From positions 60,306 through 124,305 of the forward strand of contig JBGVPE010000020.1 in the NCBI GenBank assembly GCA_045126895.1: DNA of 64,000 nucleotides, given 5' to 3'. Positions within the stretch are counted from its first letter, which is position 1, and each line of letters opens with the position of its first letter. The position numbers and the translations under genes were made by a program. Shown here piece by piece: positions 29,988 to 39,992 of the stretch. The notes beneath the pieces are model-generated. The model made no database searches. It was not told the DNA's origin and saw only the letters and a list, made by a program, of their open reading frames with translations. This DNA is from Acutalibacteraceae bacterium. GTDB taxonomy: Bacteria; Bacillota; Clostridia; Oscillospirales; Acutalibacteraceae.

Positions 29988-31463
29988 TTAGGATTCTTTA
30001 GAAACCTGACGGATGTATGATTTAAAGAATGCTACGCCTTCCTTAAGTGCAAACACAGGGCAGCGTTCGTTTGTGCCGTGTGATGTAGCAATAATGCTTA
30101 CAGGGAATCTGAATGGTGCAAAGCGTAATACGTTTTCACTGATCTGCTCATAGAAATATGCATCAGTACCGCCCATTACAAGATAAGGAACAACTGCATT
30201 TGCTCTGTTTGTATAAGTTGCGCTTGTAATATTTTCAATAGCGTTGAATGCTCTTGAACCTGTAGGTGAAAATCTTGACGGTTCTTTCTTTCTTAAGCAT
30301 TCAATCTCTGCATCTTTATATCTGATTACTTCACGAAGGTGGTTTGCAACATCTTCAGATGTTTCACCGAAAATAGGACGGAAGTTTACTGTGCAGCTTG
30401 CTCTCTGTGCAAGAACGTTAGGTGCAGGGCTGCCTTCACACATTGTAACTGCAGTAACTGTACGGACAAGACATGCAAGGAATGGGATTCTCTTGCCGAG
30501 GAATTTGATGATAGGTCCGAAAAGCTTGTAGTTGCAAAGCAGGAATCTTGCAGGGAATGTACCTGTTCTGCCAACGCGGTTAAGCAAATCATACATAAAA
30601 GGAAGAATTTTGATTTTGAACTGATTGTTTTCAATATCAAGAATTGTATTCGCAAGCTTACCTAAGCCGTTATGGTCAGGAGCCTGTGATGAGTGACCGC
30701 CTTTGTCTGTAACAGTGATTTTAAAATCGCAATAGCCTTTTTCAGCCATACCGATAGCAATAATGTTTGTATTAAGAAGGCCTTTGATATCTGCAGTGAT
30801 AATTGCACCGCCTTCGTCAAGAACACTGTCAAGGTGAATGCCTCTTGACTGAAGGGTTTTAACAATTTCACTTGCACCCGGGTCTTTTGCACAAACAACC
30901 TCTTCGTTATGACCGAAGCAAAGATATACATCTCTTTCAGGTACAAAGCCTTCTTCAAGTAAGGTTTCAACTGATTCCATAACGCAGATAAGATGGTTTT
31001 TCATATCAACAGCGCCACGGCCCCAGATATATTCACCGTCATTGTGGCCTTCAAACGGATTGTGAGTCCAGTCACCCTCTGTGCCTTCTGTAACAGGAAC
31101 AACATCCTGATGAGCAAGAAGTGCCATTGGTTCAAGGTCAGGGTTCTGACCTTCCCATTTAAAAATAAGGCTCGCAGCTGATACAACCTCTTTTTTGAGG
31201 TTTTTGTGAATCATAGGATATGCCTCTTCAAGAAAAGCGTGGAATTTTTCAAACTCTGACCAATCAGTTTCACTCGGGTCATCGTGAGAAATTGTTTTGC
31301 ACTGAATAGCTTTTGAAAGATTTTTCTGTACTCTTTCAAAATCAACATTCTCTGCCTGAATTTCAACACTCTCTTTCTTTTCAGGAACAAACTTTGCTGC
31401 TTTGATTGCAGTGATAATAATTGCAAGAGCAATAACTGCAAGAATTACATAAAGAACTACCAT
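29988..31463 (-). CDS. M20-family metallopeptidase with an N-terminal membrane anchor
   Basis: HQDVVP, GRGAVDMKN, GHNEEV and HSSQ blocks. 491 aa. Confidence 0.8.
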   Translation of the reverse strand: MVVLYVILAVIALAIIITAIKAAKFVPEKKESVEIQAENVDFERVQKNLSKAIQCKTISHDDPSETDWSEFEKFHAFLEEAYPMIHKNLKKEVVSAASLIFKWEGQNPDLEPMALLAHQDVVPVTEGTEGDWTHNPFEGHNDGEYIWGRGAVDMKNHLICVMESVETLLEEGFVPERDVYLCFGHNEEVVCAKDPGASEIVKTLQSRGIHLDSVLDEGGAIITADIKGLLNTNIIAIGMAEKGYCDFKITVTDKGGHSSQAPDHNGLGKLANTILDIENNQFKIKILPFMYDLLNRVGRTGTFPARFLLCNYKLFGPIIKFLGKRIPFLACLVRTVTAVTMCEGSPAPNVLAQRASCTVNFRPIFGETSEDVANHLREVIRYKDAEIECLRKKEPSRFSPTGSRAFNAIENITSATYTNRANAVVPYLVMGGTDAYFYEQISENVLRFAPFRFPVSIIATSHGTNERCPVFALKEGVAFFKSYIRQVSKES

Positions 31464-31498
31464 GATAAAACTCCTTTTGTTAAGTTTTTAACAGAAAT

Positions 31499-31527
31499 AT
31501 TATACACTCTGTCTTACAATAAATCAA
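31499..31527 (-). promoter_or_regulatory. Sigma-A-type promoter for the M20 peptidase gene
   Basis: Minus strand reads TTGATT, 17 nt, TATAAT, preceded by TG. Confidence 0.5.
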
Positions 31528-31534
31528 GGTTAAA

Positions 31535-34500
31535 TTAAAAACTAAAAAGACTCATCTGAGAGCTTTCGGGAAGCCCGTTCAAAGCACCTGCAACACGCAG
31601 GGTTTCAATAACAGATTTACTTACACCTGCACGCTGTTGAAGCTCTTCTATCGACATATATTCGCCCTGACCGTCATCTCTTGCAGCAGCAAGAGCTTTA
31701 GCAGCACTTTCACCCGTACCGGCCATAGATAAAAACGGAAGGCGTATTTTGCCGTCTTCAATTTTATAAACGGTTGCCTCTGATTTATAAATATCAACAG
31801 GTAAGAATTCCACACCTCGTGCCATCATTTCATTAACAACCTGCATAGCAACATACATATTTTCTTCTTTGGCAGTGGCTTCATTACCTTTTGCTTTGAT
31901 TTCGTCCATAACAGCTTTAACTGCTTTTCTGCCGTTCATAATAGCAACGGTGTCAAGGTCTTCACCTCGTACTGTCATATAAGTTGCATAGTACTCTTTC
32001 GGATGATAAATCTTATACCAGGCAAGTCGCATAGCCGCAATAACATAAGCTGCAGCATGGGCTTTAGGGAACATATATTTAATTTTCATACAAGAATCAA
32101 TGTACCACTGTGGTACATCGTGGTCTTTCATCGCCTTAAAATGAACATCTGTAAGAAGCTTTGTTGCATTACCCTTACGTACAATTTCCATAATTTTAAA
32201 TGCCATATCAGGCTCAAGACCTCTGTGCATAAGGTAAACCATAATACTGTCTCGTGTACCGATAACATCTGAAATGGTACAGGTTCCGTTTTTGATAAGG
32301 TCCTGCGCATTTCCCAGCCATACGTCTGTACCGTGAGAAAGACCTGAAATCTGAAGCATATCAGAAAAGTTTTTCGGCTGAGCATCAATAAGCATCTGAC
32401 GGACAAATGGCGTACCCAATTCAGGAAGTGAAAGCGTACCTGTTTCACAGTCAATATCTTCACAGGTTACGCCTAAAGGCTCGGGCGTTGTAAGAAGCTT
32501 ATAAACATTAGGGTCGCAAACATCGGCATCCATAACTGAAATACCTGTCGCATCTTCAAGATGCTTATAAATTGTGGGCACATCATGACCCAGGTTATCA
32601 AGCTTCAGAATTGTATCATGAAGAGCGTGGAAGTCGAAGTGGGTTGTGCGAAGTCCTTTATCGGCATCGTCTGCCGGATGCTGAATAGGTGTGAAATCTT
32701 CAGCCTCCATATCACCGGGAACAACAACCATGCCGCCCGGATGCTGACCGGTTGTTCTCTTAACACCTACGCAACCTCTTGTCAGACGGTCTTCCTCTGC
32801 TCTATGAAGAATTTTCCCTTTTTCTTCAAGCCATTTTTTAACAAAGCCGTATGCAGTTTTATCAGCAAGGGTGCCGATTGTACCTGCTTTGAAGGTATGA
32901 GTAACACCGAAAAGTGTTTCTGTATATCGATGAGCATAGAACTGATATTCACCGCTGAAGTTAAGGTCAATATCAGGCTGCTTATCACCTTTGAATCCGA
33001 GGAAGGTTTCAAACGGAATATCGTGACCTTCACGGGTCATAAATGTATCACAATGAGGGCAATTCTTAGGCGGCAGGTCAAAACCGGAGCCTACGCTGCC
33101 GTCTGTAAAAAATTCACTGTGTTTACACTTTGGGCATACATAATGAGGCGGTAAGGGATTAACCTCAGAAATACCTGCCGCATGGGCTACGAAAGACGAG
33201 CCTACACTGCCTCGTGAGCCGACATAATAACCGTTTTCTTCAGAGTTATATACAAGCTTCTGTGCAATCATATAAAGAACACCGAAACCGTTTGAAATAA
33301 TCGAAGTAAGCTCTTTATCAAGACGCTTACTGATAAGCTCAGGCAACGGGTCGCCGTATTGCTCTTTGGTTCTTCTCCAACAGATTTCTGTAAGCTCCTC
33401 GTCAGCTCCCTCAATTTTAGGCGGGAATGTACCGTATGGAATAGGTCGTATTTTTTCACACATATCAGCAATTTTATTGGGGTTAGTAATAACAACCTCT
33501 TTTGCTGTTTCGTCACCAAGATATGCAAACTCATCAAGCATTTCCTGTGTTGTACGAAGGTAAAGGGGTGCTTGCTGAGAAGCATCAGCAAAGCCCTGAC
33601 CTGCCATAAGAATCTCACGGAAAATTGCATCACCTTTATCAAGGAAATGAACGTCACCGGTAGCTACAACAGGTTTGCCTAACTTATCTGCAATAGCAAT
33701 AATTTTTCTGTTTATGTTTTCAATGTCGGCAAAAGAGTTAATATCTTCATACTCTTCTCTCTGACTTCTTATCATAAACTCGTTATTGCCGTTTGGCTGA
33801 ATTTCAAGGTAATCATAAAATTCAGCAATCTGCATTATCTTCTCTTCGCTTTCGCCAAAAACTATGGCGTGATACAGCTCACCTGCTTCACAGGCACTGC
33901 CCACAAGTATACCTTCACGATGTTTGATGAGCATACTTTTAGGGATTCTCGGTCTGCGCTTGTAATATTCAAGATTTGAAGCTGTAATCAATTTATAAAG
34001 ATTTTTTAAACCAACATTGTTTTTTGCTATAAGAATCTGATGGTAAGTTTTAAGCTCTTTAGGGTTAGAACCCGGTTCTGCCAGATCATCAACAAAATAT
34101 CCTTCCATACCGTAAAGGATTTTAATACCTGCTTTATCAGCTGTATTCATAGCTTCAGGGAAAGCCTGAACAACACCGTGGTCAGTGATTGCAATCGCTT
34201 TATGCCCCCATTTTGCAGCGCGTGATACCAGAGCCTTTGCACTTGCCATACCGTCCATTGATGACATATTTGTATGAAGATGAAGCTCCACACGTTTTTC
34301 CTGAGCATCATCATTTCTTGTTTCTAATTTTTCAATAAGAGTTACGGCTTTTGTGTCAATTACATAACAACGCATATACGGGTCGTGGGTAACAAAACCG
34401 CGAATCATAACGGTTACACCGTCTTTCATCTTATCAACAAGCTCTTTACAAATAGCTTTTTCACCAAAGATTTTTGCTGAGTAAGATGATGTATAGTCAG

Positions 34501-35281
34501 TAAGATTGAATGTGATAATATTCTTTTTGCCGTCTCGGGTTTCTCTTGCTTCAAATCCGAAAACATCACCCCAGACAACAACTGTTCCGTCTTCAGGTGA
34601 AATATCTGCAATCGGAACGGGTTTAACTTTAATCTGATTGCCAAAAATCGGTTTTGCATTTGAAAGAGAAATCGGCAAATCGTCAAAGGTCTTTTCTGTA
34701 GGTTTTTTAGGTGTGTCAGCCTTGGGCTTTTCTTCAACAATTTTGACTTTAGATGCTTCTGCCTGCTGAATTTTTTCAAGCTCTTTTTTTTCGTCAAAAT
34801 CTACAGCTTCGACAGAAGACTCAATTTTAACGCTGACTGCTTTTGAAAACTTATGACGAACAAGCTTAACGATATATTCTTCAACACCTAATTGCTTTAA
34901 GATTTCTTTTCCGTTTCTTTTTAATGTAATTTTAATATTATCCTGATTCAACGAATATGTAGCACTTTCAAGGAATGTATGGCCCGCACTGAAAGTATCT
35001 TTTAAATCAGCTGCAAGATAAGGCAACCAAGCTTCACCAAATAAATCCGAGTTAAAATAATACTCTGCTTTTATTTCATTAAGGCGCATAAATGCATTGA
35101 TTTGTGAAACAGCCGAATCAAACTCTTTTTTATGAATAAAGTGGCCAAACCGTACAACCATTGAGATTGTACGGTTATCAAGATTTGCATCGATTGTTGC
35201 AATCTGCACATTTTCAAATTTTGCACTTAAATTTTTATCTATACACTCACCGAAAAGCGATAAAAATTCAACATCCTGCAT
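31535..35281 (-). CDS. polC: PolC-type DNA polymerase III alpha subunit lacking the 3'-5' exonuclease insert (1248 aa)
   Basis: PolC N-terminal domain, OB fold, PHP (RVELHLHTNMSSMDG...AITDHGVVQAFPEA), palm/fingers (KRTTGQHPGGMVVVPG) and C-terminal HhH. It sits in the canonical rseP-ispG-polC position. PHP runs straight from GMEGYFVDD through a ~13-aa linker into HQILIAKNNVGLKNLYKL, with no DEDD motifs. Confidence 0.9.
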   Translation of the reverse strand: MQDVEFLSLFGECIDKNLSAKFENVQIATIDANLDNRTISMVVRFGHFIHKKEFDSAVSQINAFMRLNEIKAEYYFNSDLFGEAWLPYLAADLKDTFSAGHTFLESATYSLNQDNIKITLKRNGKEILKQLGVEEYIVKLVRHKFSKAVSVKIESSVEAVDFDEKKELEKIQQAEASKVKIVEEKPKADTPKKPTEKTFDDLPISLSNAKPIFGNQIKVKPVPIADISPEDGTVVVWGDVFGFEARETRDGKKNIITFNLTDYTSSYSAKIFGEKAICKELVDKMKDGVTVMIRGFVTHDPYMRCYVIDTKAVTLIEKLETRNDDAQEKRVELHLHTNMSSMDGMASAKALVSRAAKWGHKAIAITDHGVVQAFPEAMNTADKAGIKILYGMEGYFVDDLAEPGSNPKELKTYHQILIAKNNVGLKNLYKLITASNLEYYKRRPRIPKSMLIKHREGILVGSACEAGELYHAIVFGESEEKIMQIAEFYDYLEIQPNGNNEFMIRSQREEYEDINSFADIENINRKIIAIADKLGKPVVATGDVHFLDKGDAIFREILMAGQGFADASQQAPLYLRTTQEMLDEFAYLGDETAKEVVITNPNKIADMCEKIRPIPYGTFPPKIEGADEELTEICWRRTKEQYGDPLPELISKRLDKELTSIISNGFGVLYMIAQKLVYNSEENGYYVGSRGSVGSSFVAHAAGISEVNPLPPHYVCPKCKHSEFFTDGSVGSGFDLPPKNCPHCDTFMTREGHDIPFETFLGFKGDKQPDIDLNFSGEYQFYAHRYTETLFGVTHTFKAGTIGTLADKTAYGFVKKWLEEKGKILHRAEEDRLTRGCVGVKRTTGQHPGGMVVVPGDMEAEDFTPIQHPADDADKGLRTTHFDFHALHDTILKLDNLGHDVPTIYKHLEDATGISVMDADVCDPNVYKLLTTPEPLGVTCEDIDCETGTLSLPELGTPFVRQMLIDAQPKNFSDMLQISGLSHGTDVWLGNAQDLIKNGTCTISDVIGTRDSIMVYLMHRGLEPDMAFKIMEIVRKGNATKLLTDVHFKAMKDHDVPQWYIDSCMKIKYMFPKAHAAAYVIAAMRLAWYKIYHPKEYYATYMTVRGEDLDTVAIMNGRKAVKAVMDEIKAKGNEATAKEENMYVAMQVVNEMMARGVEFLPVDIYKSEATVYKIEDGKIRLPFLSMAGTGESAAKALAAARDDGQGEYMSIEELQQRAGVSKSVIETLRVAGALNGLPESSQMSLFSF

Positions 35282-35294
35282 AATTCTTCCTCTT

Positions 35295-36353
35295 TTATAA
35301 TTTATCTATTTCTTCAAGTAATGCCTTGACAATTTCTTTTTCGGGTACTTTTCTGAGAATCTCGCCTTTTTTGAAAATCATACCGCATCCGTCTCCCCCT
35401 GCGACACCTATATCAGCCTCTCTTGCTTCACCGGGTCCGTTTACAATACAACCCATTACAGCAACTTTTATAGGTTTTTCACAATTTTCAAGGGCAGATT
35501 CCACCTCATTAGCAAGACCTATAAGGTCAATTTTTGTTCTACCGCAAGTGGGACACGCAACTATCTGAACTGAATTCTTTTTAAGACCTACAGCCTTAAG
35601 AATGTCATATCCTGCAGAAATTTCTCTTACAGGGTCATCGGTCAACGACACACGGATAGTATCACCTATACCGTTTAACAACAATGAGCCGATGCCTACG
35701 CTCGATTTAACAATCCCCATTCTGCTTGTGCCGGCTTCTGTAACACCGAGATGTAACGGATAATTACACTTTTCACTTGCGAGGGTGTAGGCCTTCACCA
35801 TATTCTGAACATCTGATGATTTGATTGAAATAACTATGTCATCAAAATCAAATTTGTTAAGTAAAGATGCATGATACATCGCACTTTCTACCAACGCATC
35901 AGGGGTAGGTGCTCCGTATTTTGCAAGAATTTCTTTTTCTACAGAGCCGGAATTAACACCGATTCTGATAGGGATATTTTTTTGTTTGCAGATATCGGCA
36001 ACAGCTTTCACTCTGTCGTCAGAGCCGATATTACCGGGGTTGATTCTTATCTTATCAACACCTGCATTTGCACATTCTATTGCAAGACGATAGTCAAAAT
36101 GAATATCTGCAACAACCGGGATTGATACATTATTTTTAAGCGCTTCAATAAGCTTGACTGCATCTTTATCAGGCACAGCACTTCTTATAATCTGACACCC
36201 TGCTTTTTCAAGCTCAACAGCCTGTTTAACACTTGCATCAATATCTGATGCCGGTTTATTTAGCATAGACTGAACACTCACGGGCGCACCGCCGCCGATT
36301 AAAAGGTTACCGACTTTAACTTGCTTTGTATTTTTTCTTTCCATATTAACCAC
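35295..36353 (-). CDS. ispG: 4-hydroxy-3-methylbut-2-en-1-yl diphosphate synthase
   Basis: Full-length IspG pattern (PVSVQSM, RINPGNIG, CPTCGR, MGCIVNGPGE). Alternative start at 36344. Confidence 0.95.
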   Translation of the reverse strand: MVNMERKNTKQVKVGNLLIGGGAPVSVQSMLNKPASDIDASVKQAVELEKAGCQIIRSAVPDKDAVKLIEALKNNVSIPVVADIHFDYRLAIECANAGVDKIRINPGNIGSDDRVKAVADICKQKNIPIRIGVNSGSVEKEILAKYGAPTPDALVESAMYHASLLNKFDFDDIVISIKSSDVQNMVKAYTLASEKCNYPLHLGVTEAGTSRMGIVKSSVGIGSLLLNGIGDTIRVSLTDDPVREISAGYDILKAVGLKKNSVQIVACPTCGRTKIDLIGLANEVESALENCEKPIKVAVMGCIVNGPGEAREADIGVAGGDGCGMIFKKGEILRKVPEKEIVKALLEEIDKL

Positions 36354-37425
36354 CTGTCACTAATACCCATATATCTTTAAAACATATAACTACCATAAAG
36401 ACTAACAATAAAGCTAACCCTACACCGTGGATAATTGATTCATACTTCTGATTCATCGGCTTTCTTCTTATCAATTCGATAAATAAAAACAGTAATCTGC
36501 CGCCGTCAAGAGCAGGTATAGGAAGAAGATTCATAATACCGATATTTATTGTGATAAGAGCCATTATTTTAAACAGTCCTGTATAATCCTTTGCCTGTTG
36601 TGATGCCTCTGCCGTTTCTGAAACAAAATCAACAACGCCTATCGGACCTGATACATCTTTGATAGAGTATTTGCCCGTTATCATATCAAAAAGGCTGAGA
36701 TACACCATTCGGCATATAGATACCGACTGCTTGAAAGTATCTTTAAAAATTGTACCTGCTGTTGTATCAACACCTACGATTATAAGATTATTCAGAATAT
36801 CAGTTTTTACACCGTCAACCTGAATTTTTTTACCGTCTCGCATAACCGTAGCCGAGAATTCACCGTCACCGTCAAAATCGCGTGAGGCAAGGTAATAAAT
36901 ATCTTCATAATAAAAGACATTTTTACCGTCAATTTTTTTGATTACATCACCGGATTTAAGACCTTCATATTCTTTTATCTGTTTTACTTCTTTGCTTTGA
37001 GAAGAAACGGGCACATTAAAGTAGTTGACCATATTTGTTGCTGAAAGCTCATCACTGTTCACTGTGAGTATACATGCAACAATAATAAGACCTAAAAGAA
37101 TATTTATAACTGCACCTGCAGCCACAATAATTATCCTCTGCCAACAAGGCTTGTTGTTAAAAGCACGCTCATCATCGCTGGCTTCATCCTCACCTTCCAT
37201 GCTGACAAATCCACCGATAGGGAGCAAACGCCATGAATAAGCGGTTTCACCCTTTTTGCGACTTAAAATTTTAGGGCCCATACCCAAAGCAAATTCATTC
37301 ACCTTAACTTTAAAAAGCTTGGCAAATGAAAAATGGCCGAATTCATGCACCATTACTATAATGCCAAAAAATAAAATTGCAACAAGTATTGTCCACTTGC
37401 CTGCAAGCCATGAGAGAAATTCCAA
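36346..37425 (-). CDS. rseP: RIP metalloprotease RseP (M50 site-2 protease)
   Basis: HEFGH zinc motif in TM1, a PDZ-like middle region, and NLLPIPALDGG. Confidence 0.9.
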   Translation of the reverse strand: MEFLSWLAGKWTILVAILFFGIIVMVHEFGHFSFAKLFKVKVNEFALGMGPKILSRKKGETAYSWRLLPIGGFVSMEGEDEASDDERAFNNKPCWQRIIIVAAGAVINILLGLIIVACILTVNSDELSATNMVNYFNVPVSSQSKEVKQIKEYEGLKSGDVIKKIDGKNVFYYEDIYYLASRDFDGDGEFSATVMRDGKKIQVDGVKTDILNNLIIVGVDTTAGTIFKDTFKQSVSICRMVYLSLFDMITGKYSIKDVSGPIGVVDFVSETAEASQQAKDYTGLFKIMALITINIGIMNLLPIPALDGGRLLFLFIELIRRKPMNQKYESIIHGVGLALLLVFMVVICFKDIWVLVTGG

Positions 37426-37485
37426 AATTGTTTCACCCCGTGATGCAAATAATCAATTTATAAAAGTTTATGTTGGTTTGTAGTT

Positions 37486-38628
37486 TTATATCCTTGAAAG
37501 AACATAATTTCTTGCCCATTTATCTGTTTCATTAACATCAGCAAGTGTATAATCATCCTTGCTTGCAGCGTCTGAAACAGCAGCACCAACCAATTCCTCG
37601 ATTTCAAGGAACTTTATTTTACCCTGTCTGAAAGCAAGATTTGCAGCTTCGTTAGCTGAATTTGCCACTGCAGGATAAAGACCGCCCTTTTTGATAGCTT
37701 CACGGCAGATATTTATACAACCGAAAGTTTCATAATCAGGCTTTTCAAATGTCAATGTAGCGTAATCTGTTAAAGACAGCTGCTTAACCGGTGAAGGTAT
37801 ACGGTTAGGATAAGTAAGAGCATACTGAATAGGGATTCTCATATCAGGCACACCAAGCTGAGCAATAACAGAATTATCACAATATTCAACAAGTGAATGA
37901 ATAACGCTCTGACGATGAACTACTATATCCACATCGTCAGGATTCATATCAAAAAGCCATACAGCTTCAATAAGCTCAAGACCCTTATTCATCATTGACG
38001 CGGAATCAATGGTAATTTTTGCACCCATGCTCCAGTTAGGGTGATTAAGTGCCTGTTCAACAGTTACACCCTCAAGCTCATTTCTTTTTTTGTCAAAGAA
38101 AGGTCCGCCTGATGCAGTAAGAATAAGACGTTTGATTTCTTTTTTGTCGACACAGCCCTGTAATGACTGAAAAATAGCTGAATGCTCACTGTCAACAGGC
38201 AAAAGATTGACACCTTTTGCACGGGCATTTTTTGTAACCAATGCACCACCTGCAACTAAAGTTTCTTTATTGGCAAGGGCAATTTCGTTACCTGATTCAA
38301 TTGCAGCAAGAGTAGGCTCAAGACCTGCCATACCCACAACGCTGTTTAAAACATAATCAGCTTCAAGGCCGGCGCAATAACAAACACCTTCAAGACCTGC
38401 AAGAACCTTTGTTGATGTATCAGCAACCTTAACTGCAAGCTCCTGTGCTGATTTTACATCAGCCAAAGCTGCGAACTTTGGTTTATATTTTCTGATTTGT
38501 TGCTCAAGAATATCAGCATTACTGCCGGCAGTCAGCGCAAGCACTTCATAGCCTTGCATATCAACAACCTCAAGAGCCTGCGTACCGATTGAACCTGTTG
38601 AACCCAGAATTGTAAGCAACTTACTCAT
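37486..38628 (-). CDS. dxr: 1-deoxy-D-xylulose 5-phosphate reductoisomerase
   Basis: ILGSTGSIG, LANKE, DSEHSA and NHPNWSMG blocks. Start taken at ATG 38628 (MSKLLTILG). The track start 38676 would overlap uppS by 44 nt. Confidence 0.95.
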   Translation of the reverse strand: MSKLLTILGSTGSIGTQALEVVDMQGYEVLALTAGSNADILEQQIRKYKPKFAALADVKSAQELAVKVADTSTKVLAGLEGVCYCAGLEADYVLNSVVGMAGLEPTLAAIESGNEIALANKETLVAGGALVTKNARAKGVNLLPVDSEHSAIFQSLQGCVDKKEIKRLILTASGGPFFDKKRNELEGVTVEQALNHPNWSMGAKITIDSASMMNKGLELIEAVWLFDMNPDDVDIVVHRQSVIHSLVEYCDNSVIAQLGVPDMRIPIQYALTYPNRIPSPVKQLSLTDYATLTFEKPDYETFGCINICREAIKKGGLYPAVANSANEAANLAFRQGKIKFLEIEELVGAAVSDAASKDDYTLADVNETDKWARNYVLSRI

Positions 38629-38632
38629 ATTT

Positions 38633-39355
38633 TCACACTCCACCGAAACGTCTGTTTCTGTTGTTGTAATCATCAATAGCTCTGTCTAAATCTTCCGTTG
38701 TGAAATCAGGCCATAAAATGTCAGAAAACCAGAATTCAGAATACGCTGATTGCCATAAAAGGAAATTTGATATTCTGTATTCACCGCTCGGTCTGATTAT
38801 AAGGTCCGGGTCAGGCTGACCTGCAGTGTAGATATTGGCAGAGATATCATCCTCTGTAATATCATCAGGGTCAAGCTCACCGTTTTTAACTTTTCGGGCA
38901 ATTTTTTTAACTGCCTCTGCAATTTCAAGTCTGCCGCCATAATTGATTGCAATATTAACATCGATTTTAGCAGCGTCTTTTGAATTTTCTTCAGCACTTT
39001 CCATAAGGCTGACAATATCTTCAGGCATATCATCACGTCTGCCGATGAAGTGCATCCTCATACCCTTCTGAACATTTTCGCTTTCTCTGTCTTCAGCTTC
39101 ACCAAGATAATCTCTGAAAAGGTCCATTATTGCTGCAACCTCTTCAGGCGGTCTGCGCCAATTCTCTGTAGAAAAAGCATAAAATGTTATACTCTGAATA
39201 CCGATTTCACACGCATAATCGCAGATTTTACGAAAAACATTTGCGCCTTCTTTATGACCGTCCCACCGTTTAAGGCCTCTCTGTTTTGCCCAACGGCCGT
39301 TACCGTCCATAATAATACCGATATGTTTCGGCATATTTCTTTGCATAAAATTCAC
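38633..39355 (-). CDS. uppS: Isoprenyl transferase (undecaprenyl diphosphate synthase)
   Basis: HIGIIMDGNGRWA, FSTENWRRP and RISNFLLWQ blocks. Confidence 0.95.
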   Translation of the reverse strand: MNFMQRNMPKHIGIIMDGNGRWAKQRGLKRWDGHKEGANVFRKICDYACEIGIQSITFYAFSTENWRRPPEEVAAIMDLFRDYLGEAEDRESENVQKGMRMHFIGRRDDMPEDIVSLMESAEENSKDAAKIDVNIAINYGGRLEIAEAVKKIARKVKNGELDPDDITEDDISANIYTAGQPDPDLIIRPSGEYRISNFLLWQSAYSEFWFSDILWPDFTTEDLDRAIDDYNNRNRRFGGV

Positions 39356-39416
39356 CTCTCATAAAGCCTGAAAATGCACAATAAGGGGAGCAATGCTCCC
39401 CTCGTAAGAAATGTAA

Positions 39417-39971
39417 TCAGATTTCCATAACTTCCTTTTCTTTTGCAGAAGCAAGCTTATCAATATCTTTGATAAAGCCGTCAGTAATTTTCTGAACTTC
39501 ATCTTCACCGTTTTTAAGATCATCTTCTGTGATTTCAGATGCCTTCTGCATTTTCTTGAGTTTGTCCATAGCATCACGGCGGATTGAGCGAACTGCAACT
39601 TTTGAATCCTCTGCCATTTTGCTTACATCTTTAACGATTACTTTTCTGTTTTCTTCAGTAAGCTGTGGGAATGTAAGGCGGATAACAGTACCGTCATTCT
39701 GTGGGTTGATACCGATATCTGATGCCTGAATTGCTTTTTCAATTGCATTAAGTACAGATTTATCCCATGGCTGAATTGTGAGAATTCTTGCTTCAGCAAC
39801 AGAAACTGATGCGAGCTGATTAACCGGAGTAGGTGTTCCGTAATAGTCAACTGTTACTTTATCAAGAACAGCAGCATTGGCTCTGCCTGCGCGGATTGCA
39901 GCATAATCCTTTCTGAGTACCTCAAGTGTTTTACCCATTTTTTCTTTGGTATTAGCATAAAGTTCTTTCAT
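39417..39971 (-). CDS. frr: Ribosome recycling factor
   Basis: 184 aa, colinear with Frr (IRAGRANAAVLD..., LTEENRK). Confidence 0.95.
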   Translation of the reverse strand: MKELYANTKEKMGKTLEVLRKDYAAIRAGRANAAVLDKVTVDYYGTPTPVNQLASVSVAEARILTIQPWDKSVLNAIEKAIQASDIGINPQNDGTVIRLTFPQLTEENRKVIVKDVSKMAEDSKVAVRSIRRDAMDKLKKMQKASEITEDDLKNGEDEVQKITDGFIKDIDKLASAKEKEVMEI

Positions 39972-39992
39972 AATGAAATCTCCTGTCTTTAA

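Noticed and set aside
31535-35281. An intein, or a split or truncated polC, as the explanation for the unusual length
   Set aside because: The ORF is continuous from the PolC N-terminal domain to the C-terminal HhH. The length deficit maps to one place, the missing exonuclease insert within PHP. No intein blocks are present.
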